In this document: positions 1 through 7,868 of the stretch, piece by piece
Layout: each line of letters starts with the position of its first letter
How positions within the stretch are numbered: the stretch's first letter is position 1
Assembly: GCA_016937015.1 (NCBI GenBank)
Contig: JAFGWT010000062.1
Coordinates: forward strand, 2,609-66,608
DNA from: Deltaproteobacteria bacterium
GTDB taxonomy: Bacteria > Myxococcota_A > Polyangia > JAAYKL01
Reading direction: 5' to 3'
Length of the DNA: 64,000 nucleotides
Made by a program: the position numbers and the translations under genes
Notes under the pieces: generated by a model
Seen by the model: only the letters and a program-made list of their open reading frames with translations
What the model was told of the DNA's origin: nothing
The model's database searches: none

Positions 1-420
1 GTCCTTGGCGCACGGGTCTATGCCAACACCAATCGGGAAATCGGCTGGTTTGAATTAACCCCTGCGGCTGATTTGCCCTACCCCGAACTGGCACGCGTAT
101 TTTTTGAACCGTTCCCGGTATTTAACTGGCACGGAGACACCTTCGATATTCCGGACGGCGCCAACCGACTGGGGGGAACCCCGGCGTGCGTCAACCAGGG
201 TTTCGTTTTTGAAGGCAATGTGGTAGCGCTTCAGTTCCATCTCGAAACCACCCCCCAATCCGCCAAAGCGCTTGTACAAAACTGCGCGGATGAACTGGAT
301 GGTTCCACCTATGTTCAAAGCGCCGACGAAATACTTGCCCCGACAGACCGCTTCGCACAACTCAACAGCAAAGCAGCGGCCCTAATCGACGCAATGGTCA
401 GTATCGAACAGCAACAGTAA
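1..420 (+). CDS. Class I glutamine amidotransferase-like protein (GMP synthase-like), 5' end outside window
   Basis: Frame is open from base 1 (VLGARVYANTNREIGWF). Motifs WHGDTFDIP and ALQFHLE (catalytic His-x-Glu) are present. Confidence 0.85.
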   Translation, partial: VLGARVYANTNREIGWFELTPAADLPYPELARVFFEPFPVFNWHGDTFDIPDGANRLGGTPACVNQGFVFEGNVVALQFHLETTPQSAKALVQNCADELDGSTYVQSADEILAPTDRFAQLNSKAAALIDAMVSIEQQQ

Positions 421-449
421 TGGTTGGGGCCAGGCGCCTGCGACGTGCC

Positions 450-2114
450 CTACTCCAGTTCGTCTTCTCCAAACACAATCGCTCTGAACGCCTCTATGCG
501 GGTGGCGTCATCCTGCCAGCAATCCATAGGCAGACCGGCTTTGCGGCAAGTGTGAGAAAGGAATTCCTCCCTGTCCCAGCGCCATTCAACCGGCACCTGG
601 GGCAGCAGCAACCCGGAGTACGGCCCCCGGGTGATAATCAGACCATCCCGCCCCACCACCACATCCTCTGCCGCAATTGGCTCAGGTCGCGTCAGAATCG
701 AAATCTCATACGACAAAGTATCCAGCTCGGCGGGTGTCACAGGCGCAAATCGCGTATCCCGTATCGCCGCGGCCCGAGCCACCTCTTCAACGCACTGATA
801 CAACGGCACTCGTGCAATCACATGCCCAATACATCCGCGAAGCTGCCCATTTTTTTTCAGCGTGACAAACGCAGCACCGCTCTGACGCAGCACCTCGGAA
901 TCAGGTACAGGCAGACGTCGATTGTCCCCCATGGCAGCCGCCCGCACCGATGTCTTTGCCATGTCCATCAGCGCCCGCCGAAGTTCAGGGGTATACGGGC
1001 CAAAATCCCCGTGTTGCAACCTATCGCTGCGCAGTCCCTTTTTAACGCTGAACGCCAGTGCGCCGTACCCAACCACCTGACTTTTATCCCCGGCTGTATC
1101 GCCACTGTTCATGTATTTTAATTTCGTTACAGACCGCACATCCGCGTCAAACTGTTCAAACATGCTGGCAAAAGCATACACGGGTTTCACCCCGCACATC
1201 CCCTTGCGGGTCTGACTCGCATGGGGCAGCCATTTGTCAATCTCCCATTTTTCAAGCAGGGACAGACTGAGCGTGTCATACTCTCTCGCCACATCGTATG
1301 GAAAAAAATGAGACAAATCCGAAGAAATGACAAACGCCACATCTTTAAACGCGCCAAACATGTCAAACAATACCGCCCCGGCTTCCGCAAGCAACTTTTC
1401 ATCAGGGGTCGCAACGATCATGGGAATTATTTTCACGTCCGGCAGTGCCACCTGAATAAATGGCAACTGCACCTCCAGCGAATGCTCCTGCTCGAACATA
1501 TTTGAGTCAGCGGCAAAGATGCCGGGGTATTCCCGTGCCAGCCGGCGCACCGATGCACCATCTATGGGCAACGCACCAAGCGGGGTCTGATAGGCATCTC
1601 TGTCAAGAAGACTGATGGTGCGGGACATCCGCCGGTGACTCAGCGCCATAACCACCACACTGGTGTACTGCTGCGCATGGGCCGCCAATGCGGCGTACGC
1701 ATATCCGGCAACGGGGCCGGAATACACATAGCCGGCGTGGGGACTCAACACACCAACAACATCCCTGTCCGCCAGTTGCGCAACCACATCGGCGCCATCG
1801 TCCCGCGCATCGTTAATAAACTGGGTTATCTGAATTCCAAGCGCATCCGGGTCACCGGCGTAAAACTGCCCTGCCACCTGTGCGGTAAAGTTATCTTCCA
1901 TATGTTCACTTTCCCTGATTGGCTTTTCAGCCGGTATCGCGCCTTCTGCAGGCGGTCGCGTTACGTCACGCGCATCGGGGTCCTTCCGACTGCCACATGA
2001 CGAGCACCCAGCAAACATTAATCCCCAAACAAGAACAGGCAACAACAAAGAGACTGTTTTTCCAGTGAATGCGTGTTGCGATTCAGATGACTGTTCTTTT
2101 TTTTCGTTGACCAT
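450..2114 (-). CDS. Memo (AmmeMemoRadiSam protein B)-AMMECR1 (protein A) fusion with N-terminal lipoprotein-like signal
   Basis: Memo motifs PHAGYVYSG, EHSLEVQLPF, SSDLSH, MCG. AMMECR1 motifs AFVTL..LRGCIG, GLLLPQV, CRKAG. A hydrophobic stretch ends in FAGC. Start could be 2144 or 2114. Confidence 0.85.
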   Translation of the reverse strand: MVNEKKEQSSESQHAFTGKTVSLLLPVLVWGLMFAGCSSCGSRKDPDARDVTRPPAEGAIPAEKPIRESEHMEDNFTAQVAGQFYAGDPDALGIQITQFINDARDDGADVVAQLADRDVVGVLSPHAGYVYSGPVAGYAYAALAAHAQQYTSVVVMALSHRRMSRTISLLDRDAYQTPLGALPIDGASVRRLAREYPGIFAADSNMFEQEHSLEVQLPFIQVALPDVKIIPMIVATPDEKLLAEAGAVLFDMFGAFKDVAFVISSDLSHFFPYDVAREYDTLSLSLLEKWEIDKWLPHASQTRKGMCGVKPVYAFASMFEQFDADVRSVTKLKYMNSGDTAGDKSQVVGYGALAFSVKKGLRSDRLQHGDFGPYTPELRRALMDMAKTSVRAAAMGDNRRLPVPDSEVLRQSGAAFVTLKKNGQLRGCIGHVIARVPLYQCVEEVARAAAIRDTRFAPVTPAELDTLSYEISILTRPEPIAAEDVVVGRDGLIITRGPYSGLLLPQVPVEWRWDREEFLSHTCRKAGLPMDCWQDDATRIEAFRAIVFGEDELE

Positions 2115-2185
2115 TGTTAATACTATAGTCCCCCCCACATGCATATGCTAAACTGGCATCCCATTTTGGCCAGAAGAAGAGAAGT

Positions 2186-4081
2186 ATGCAACAAAATCCG
2201 AGTATTATCATGAATTTGGACGGAATCGTCAATTCGGCAACTGATGTTGCCTGTGTCATTGCCGGTCTGTCCAGGGAAGCACTGGTGGGCCGTTCATTGC
2301 GGGATCATCTGCTATCGCAGCATCAGGAACGATTCGATGCGGAGATTGAAGCCTTTCGCGCCGGTGAACAGACGCGAAGCATTTTAAAAACAACCCTTCT
2401 TGGAATCGATGACGTCGCCCGTTCCGTAAATCTGGCAATGAGTGCCGAAGACGGCAAACAAATCTCTGTTGAAATATCCTCGGATCTTTCCAGTCCGATG
2501 TCATATACCAACATCGCATCCATCGCAGATGCCGCACGCCTCCTTCCTGTGGCCCGCCGGATTGCCTCTGTCTGCCGCAAAGCGGCCACCAAGCAGGCGC
2601 TCCTGTCAGAAACAATGGTTGTCATGTCCGAAATAACCAACGCGCTGTGTTCCGCCGCCATCGAATGGGGTGGCGCGGTTTCCGACTGGCCGGTTGCGGC
2701 CACCACCGGCGGTTTTGACAAAGAATTTTTAAAAGGCGTATTCCGTTCATCCGTCATCGGAAGACTGGCCCGAGGCGACGTAATTGTTAAAGACGTCTTA
2801 CAGGATGGCACCCAGTCCAATTACTCCCTGATTTTAATCCCCCTCATGGCCTCACACACGCCAGAGGGCATTTTCATACTTTATGTGCAGGGTCACTCTG
2901 TCATGGCGCCGCGCGAACTTCAGAGTCTGGGGCTGCTGGGCGAAATCATCGGGCTTGGGATACGCTCGCTGTCGGTCTCCGATGAAACCATCGAAGACTC
3001 GCAGACACGGGCGGCGGATGCTGAAGCAACCATCGCACTTGGCAGACTCTCCGCCGGTCTGGCCCACGAAATCAACAATGCCGTCACCGTGCTTCGCAAC
3101 AACACCGAACAGATCTCCGCCAACATGGGGCATTTCACCCAGCCTGCGGATAAGGAGCTGATAATCAAAGACTCCATACGTGCGGTTGAAGTGATTCGGG
3201 ATCTCACCGATGCGCTCCGTTCCTTTGCTCCTGAAGAAACACGGGAAACCGAAACGGCAGACCTGCTGCGCATTGTTGAGATGGTGGTTGCATCCGTCCG
3301 ATTCTACGCCAAGCGCGGCATCAATGTAAATGTCAGTACCGTCAACGATGAGCCACTTCAGGTCAAATGTCGCAGTCACTTTCTCATTCGCTCTTTGTTT
3401 CTGATTTTTGTTGAACTGGTGGAGTCTGCACTGGCATCCGGGCGGGTATTAATGGTCAGCATCAATCTGTTGCCCCAGAAGCGAAAAATAGACCTCACCA
3501 TCGCGGTGTCCGCCGGCCCATTCAACGTTCCAACCGTATTACTCAGCCAGCTCGAAAAGGATGGAGCGCTGGCCCGCCTTGTAAGCCGTGCCGGCGCGGG
3601 GCTGGCATACGAAGTGAATGAGGAGAACCTTTCGCTGACCCTCTCATTACCTGTGGCCAAGGCGGTCCCTACCCGCATGCCCGCCGCCCCCGGTGGACCC
3701 AGACCGGATCGACGGGGCACTATCCTGATTGTCGATGATGAACCCGCCATCATTCGTTCGACCCGGCGAATTCTCGAAAAAGAGCACGATATTCTGGCAG
3801 CAGGCACAGCCGAAGAAGCGCTGGATATTATGCGCGCCAATCAGAATATCGATATGTTGCTGCTCGACGTGTTCATGCCTGGCATGTCCGGGCTGGAGCT
3901 GGCCGAAAGCCTGAAGCGAATGTCGTCGCCGCTCGCCCAGCGGATTATCTTTATGACCGGTGGCGCCTCCAATATGGAAATTTCGAGATTTCTCAACGAA
4001 AGCAATGCGCCGGTCCTCGAAAAGCCCCTGGACATTCAATTGTTAAATGCACTGATTTCCGATATGATATCTCTTTATTGA
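2186..4081 (+). CDS. Hybrid sensor (PAS-GAF-HisKA-degenerate HATPase-REC)
   Basis: H-box LSAGLAHEINN. C-terminal receiver ILIVDDE...LLDVFMPGMSG...EKP. N/G1/G2 boxes are not recognisable. Confidence 0.75.
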   Translation: MQQNPSIIMNLDGIVNSATDVACVIAGLSREALVGRSLRDHLLSQHQERFDAEIEAFRAGEQTRSILKTTLLGIDDVARSVNLAMSAEDGKQISVEISSDLSSPMSYTNIASIADAARLLPVARRIASVCRKAATKQALLSETMVVMSEITNALCSAAIEWGGAVSDWPVAATTGGFDKEFLKGVFRSSVIGRLARGDVIVKDVLQDGTQSNYSLILIPLMASHTPEGIFILYVQGHSVMAPRELQSLGLLGEIIGLGIRSLSVSDETIEDSQTRAADAEATIALGRLSAGLAHEINNAVTVLRNNTEQISANMGHFTQPADKELIIKDSIRAVEVIRDLTDALRSFAPEETRETETADLLRIVEMVVASVRFYAKRGINVNVSTVNDEPLQVKCRSHFLIRSLFLIFVELVESALASGRVLMVSINLLPQKRKIDLTIAVSAGPFNVPTVLLSQLEKDGALARLVSRAGAGLAYEVNEENLSLTLSLPVAKAVPTRMPAAPGGPRPDRRGTILIVDDEPAIIRSTRRILEKEHDILAAGTAEEALDIMRANQNIDMLLLDVFMPGMSGLELAESLKRMSSPLAQRIIFMTGGASNMEISRFLNESNAPVLEKPLDIQLLNALISDMISLY

Positions 4082-4112
4082 GCCGACACTTCCAGATGCT
4101 GAATCTGAACTT

Positions 4113-4763
4113 TCAAAACCGTTCCTTTATGACATCAAGTGCCCCTTTGAGGCTGTATACCTGACCATCAATTATGTAGGTAGGCGTCGCCGATACGCCC
4201 GCGGCTTTGGTTTCTTCGTAAATTTTCTGCGCCTTATCGGCCATTGATTCAGAATCGTAGCATTCAGAAAATGCTTTGGATGGAATGCCATTCTGTTTCA
4301 CCATCCGCTGAATGTAGCTGGGCGGGTCCAGTTTAAGCTCATGGATGGGTTCGGCCATAACGCTGTCGTTCCACTTCCAGTAAGGCACATGTTTGGCAGC
4401 GCACCCCGCGGCTCGCACCAGCGGGCACATCATCGTCAGATCATTGCCTGTTCGAATAGCGCACATTGATCTCGCATAGTCATGACGAACCAGTCTGATT
4501 TCATCGAGGTGTCTCGCTATTGCACTGCGAAGCACTTTATGTGCACCAGGGCAATGGGGACAGTAAAAGTCAAGATACTCATGAATGACCATTTTGGGAT
4601 TTTTAGCGCCAATCCAGGGGTACCCATTTTCATCCACTCCCGTTGCAGCCGAATCCGCATTGGCCTGCCAGTCCGGTGCGGACCAGTAAAACAGCCAGGA
4701 ACCGCCGGCAGATACCGCAAACAGCAACAATAGCGCACCACCGTACAGAATTTTATTTTTCAC
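4113..4763 (-). CDS. DsbA-family thiol:disulfide oxidoreductase, N-terminally anchored
   Basis: N-terminal hydrophobic helix, YLDFYCPHC active site, GVSATPT cis-Pro loop. Confidence 0.8.
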   Translation of the reverse strand: MKNKILYGGALLLLFAVSAGGSWLFYWSAPDWQANADSAATGVDENGYPWIGAKNPKMVIHEYLDFYCPHCPGAHKVLRSAIARHLDEIRLVRHDYARSMCAIRTGNDLTMMCPLVRAAGCAAKHVPYWKWNDSVMAEPIHELKLDPPSYIQRMVKQNGIPSKAFSECYDSESMADKAQKIYEETKAAGVSATPTYIIDGQVYSLKGALDVIKERF

Positions 4764-4883
4764 AATTTACCTCCGCTTCACATCACGCCAGCCTCGGTTG
4801 AGCGAGGACTGCAATAAAACTTGTCACATGGGCTACTTATTCCAGAGTTTATATTGTAATCAAGTATTTATGTTTTTCTTTAC

Positions 4884-4913
4884 TTGACGAACACCTCATT
4901 CCCTGCATATGGT
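4884..4913 (+). promoter_or_regulatory. Candidate sigma70 promoter upstream of pgk-like gene
   Basis: TTGACG-N18-TATGGT in an AT-rich intergenic region, about 57 bp before the ATG. Confidence 0.35.
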
Positions 4914-4970
4914 TCCGGCGAAAATCGATGTCATCATCCATAGGTCGACTTGACCAAAGTTTGAAAATAC

Positions 4971-6164
4971 ATGAATCAAAATCAAATACTTTCTCTTAAA
5001 GATCTGGAAGTCGAAGCCAGGCGCGTTCTCGTCCGAATTAACATGGACGTCCCCATTGAAGACTCAAAAATCCTTGACGATACACTGCTTAAAGCCGCCA
5101 TGCCCACCGTTAATTATCTCATCGAAAACGGTGCACGGGTGGTTCTGGCCGGGCACTTGGGCCCGCCGGTCGGCAGGGTTGAACCGTCGATGTCACTCGA
5201 ACCCGTTGCAGCGTGGTTTGCGGCACAGCCACATATCGGCGAAGTCTACCTGACCGACTCATGCGTTGGCGACGCCGCCAAAAGCATTATCGCCGGGCTG
5301 CGCGAAAGCCAGGTGTGCATTCTCGAAAATCTCGGATTTCACGCCGGCGAATTCACCAACGACGAAAAGCTCTCCCGCCAACTGGCCTCTTACTGCGATA
5401 TTTATGTTAACGAGGCGTTTTCGCTGAGCGAAAGCGTTCTTTCCTCGACCAACGGCATACTCAAACACGCCAGAATAAAAGTGATGGGGATTCAATACGC
5501 CCGTGAACTGCGTGCGCTGCGCAGGTTTCTGGACAAACCGGAGCGCCCGGTGGTTGCCATTGTGGGAGGGGATCGCATTGCAGATAATCTGGAATTTATC
5601 GAGAGCCTGATTCCCAGAATCGACGCGCTTGTCATTGGCGGTCAAATGGCAAACACATTCACCGCGGCCACAGGCGGCAGTACAGGAAAAGCAGTTGTCG
5701 AGGAAAAACGATTGCCTCTTGCCCGTGACATTATTGATCGGACGGCACGCAAAAACATAAATCTGGTGTTGCCCCATGATGTTCGCGCCGGCGATTCGCC
5801 CTCAGATCTTAAGGAATTCATGTCAGGCCAGGTGCCGGGCAATCTCGAAATATTTGACATTGGCAGCCGCACCATCGATGGCTGGAAACAAATCATCCGC
5901 AAAGCGGGCACTGTCATCTGGAAAGGCCATCTTGGCATGGATGCCTCCTGCGGCGATGGTACCCAGGCCGTCGCGCGTGCCATTTCAGGGGCTTCCGCCT
6001 TTTCGCTCTCAGTTGGCGCTGACAGTGCCAACGTCATCCGTCAGCTTGGTCTCGAAAAAGGATTCGATCATGTATCGGACGGCGGAGACACCACCATTCG
6101 AATGCTCGAGGGAAAAACACTGCCCACGCTCGTGGCAACGGGAAATGCGCAGTCAAAAAAATAA
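4971..6164 (+). CDS. pgk: Phosphoglycerate kinase homolog with degenerate active site (probable pseudoenzyme)
   Basis: Colinear with the PGK fold over 397 aa (RVLVR, HLG, LEN, YVNEAF, PERPVVAIVGG, DIG, EGKTLP) and lies upstream of tpiA. Key Arg/His/Gly motifs are substituted. Confidence 0.8.
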   Translation: MNQNQILSLKDLEVEARRVLVRINMDVPIEDSKILDDTLLKAAMPTVNYLIENGARVVLAGHLGPPVGRVEPSMSLEPVAAWFAAQPHIGEVYLTDSCVGDAAKSIIAGLRESQVCILENLGFHAGEFTNDEKLSRQLASYCDIYVNEAFSLSESVLSSTNGILKHARIKVMGIQYARELRALRRFLDKPERPVVAIVGGDRIADNLEFIESLIPRIDALVIGGQMANTFTAATGGSTGKAVVEEKRLPLARDIIDRTARKNINLVLPHDVRAGDSPSDLKEFMSGQVPGNLEIFDIGSRTIDGWKQIIRKAGTVIWKGHLGMDASCGDGTQAVARAISGASAFSLSVGADSANVIRQLGLEKGFDHVSDGGDTTIRMLEGKTLPTLVATGNAQSKK

Positions 6165-6237
6165 GGAAACCAAAAAACTCCAGCTCCCTTTCTGGGAAAC
6201 ACGCCTTTAAGGGACTTTCACAAATGAGGTATGAATT

Positions 6238-6990
6238 ATGCGTAAAGCCTTCGTAGCAGGAAACTGGAAAATGAATTGTACAATCGCAGAAGCAGTGGAA
6301 CTGGCAAAGGCTGTTGTTGCCGGTCTCCCCGCTGATGCCAACGCCGATGTGGCTGTTGTCCCTCAATTCCTCGCCATTGGCGCCGTAAAGGAAGTGGTTG
6401 CAGGAACCCCGGTTCGTCTGGGTGCACAGGATGTGTACTTTGAGAAAAACGGCGCCTTCACCGGCGAAATTTCCACTGCCATGCTCAAAGATGCAGGCGT
6501 TGAATTTGCACTGGTCGGTCACTCCGAGCGTCGACATGTTATCGGCGAAACAGACGAAATTATTCGTAAAAAACTCGATGCACTTCTGGCCGAAGGCCTG
6601 GAGGTGATTCTCTGCGTGGGTGAAAAGCTCGAAGAGCGCGAAGCCAACCAAACCGAAAAAGTGCTCGAAGAACAGACCGTTGCCGGTATCAAGGGCCTGA
6701 CCAAAGAAGAGCTCGCCAAAGTGACCATCGCTTACGAGCCGGTATGGGCTATCGGAACCGGAAAGGTGGCCACCACCGAGCAGGCGCAGTCCGCTCACAA
6801 ATTCATTCGAGAACTGGTTGCCAAACTGTTTGATCAGGAAGCGGCGGACGCGGTCAGAATTCAGTACGGTGGCAGCGTCAAACCCGACAATGCGAAAGAT
6901 CTGCTGGCACAGCCTGACGTGGACGGCGCACTGGTTGGCGGCGCAGCACTGAAAGCCGATTCATTCCTTGGAATTATCGCCGGCGCTTAA
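6238..6990 (+). CDS. tpiA: Triosephosphate isomerase
   Basis: AGNWKMN, GHSERR, AYEPVWAIGTG, YGGSV, LVGGA all intact. Confidence 0.98.
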   Translation: MRKAFVAGNWKMNCTIAEAVELAKAVVAGLPADANADVAVVPQFLAIGAVKEVVAGTPVRLGAQDVYFEKNGAFTGEISTAMLKDAGVEFALVGHSERRHVIGETDEIIRKKLDALLAEGLEVILCVGEKLEEREANQTEKVLEEQTVAGIKGLTKEELAKVTIAYEPVWAIGTGKVATTEQAQSAHKFIRELVAKLFDQEAADAVRIQYGGSVKPDNAKDLLAQPDVDGALVGGAALKADSFLGIIAGA

Positions 6991-7034
6991 GTAAATTCTT
7001 CCCCGAAATCGCCCTTTATTCATTCCCGAATGGG

Positions 7035-7054
7035 AGTTGCACATTTATGCAACT
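7035..7054. other. Perfect 7-bp inverted repeat between tpiA and secG (operator or hairpin)
   Basis: AGTTGCA-cattta-TGCAACT immediately before a TTGACA. Confidence 0.35.
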
Positions 7055-7096
7055 ACTTCTTGACAATGATATTTATCCAGATGTAGAAGACCCGTC

Positions 7097-7816
7097 ATGA
7101 TTTATTTACTCACAACTTTACATATCATTTTCTGTTTGTTTCTGATTCTGGTCATCCTGCTTCAGACAGGCAAAGGTGGCGGAATGGGAGTTGCATTTGG
7201 CGGTAGTGGCTCAAGTGTTTTTGGTCCCAGAGGCGCTGGTTCATTTATTGGCCGACTCACGGCGGTGGTGGCACTGCTGTTCATGCTTTCGTCCATCGTT
7301 CTGGCCTATAACTCATCGTCCAAATCATCCGGTCTGGAAAAAAAGGCGAGTCTGATGGAATCGGACGCTTCCGGCGAAAAAGTCGACATCGAGAAAGAAT
7401 TCGGTTCGTCCAGGCCCGCCGCCAAAGAATCCGCTCCTGTCGCAGATGTTGAAGAAGCAATAGACACCAGCGCTGATGCGTCCGGCACAGACAGCACAGA
7501 AGCCGATGATGCGTCAGCGGACAGTGCATCCGATGCAGACGACTCTGCGGACGAAGACACAGTGGTAAACGCAGCAACTGAAGAAGGTGCCCCAACCTCG
7601 GCCGCAGACAGTGCGCCCGCAGAGGCGGCGCCTGCAGCAACGAAACCTGTAGCCGTTAAAGTTAAAAGACCGGCCCCCGCAGCGGCGCCGGCACCTGCCG
7701 CAGAAGCAGCTGCTCCCGCTCCCGTTGCTGCGCCAGCCGCGCCCGCGCCCGCATCTCCTGCAGTGGCGCCAGCCGCACCGGCGGCAGCACCGGCCCCCGC
7801 AGCAGACGCTGAATAG
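7097..7816 (+). CDS. secG: Preprotein translocase subunit SecG with long acidic and Ala/Pro-rich C-terminal tail
   Basis: Two TM helices flank LLQTGKGGGMGVAFGGSGSSVFG. The tpiA-secG order is canonical. Confidence 0.92.
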   Translation: MIYLLTTLHIIFCLFLILVILLQTGKGGGMGVAFGGSGSSVFGPRGAGSFIGRLTAVVALLFMLSSIVLAYNSSSKSSGLEKKASLMESDASGEKVDIEKEFGSSRPAAKESAPVADVEEAIDTSADASGTDSTEADDASADSASDADDSADEDTVVNAATEEGAPTSAADSAPAEAAPAATKPVAVKVKRPAPAAAPAPAAEAAAPAPVAAPAAPAPASPAVAPAAPAAAPAPAADAE

Positions 7817-7868
7817 TTTTTCTTCCCCAAAACTGACGCCCCGACTTCGTCTCCAAAAACTTTTTAAA

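Noticed and set aside
420..1121. 233-aa plus-strand ORF, and similar long antisense ORFs (19217-19936, 55725-56606, 60065-60901, 61438-62286)
   Set aside because: They overlap well-supported genes on the opposite strand and show no protein motifs.
2153..2170. Possible sigma54 promoter CTGGCATCCCATTTTGGC
   Set aside because: The spacing does not give GG-N10-GC.
7306..7830. 174-aa Ala/Gly-rich minus-strand ORF
   Set aside because: Antisense shadow of the low-complexity SecG tail.
7817..7868. tRNA-Leu often found after secG
   Set aside because: Only 52 bp are available, with no cloverleaf or TTCGA/CCA pattern.
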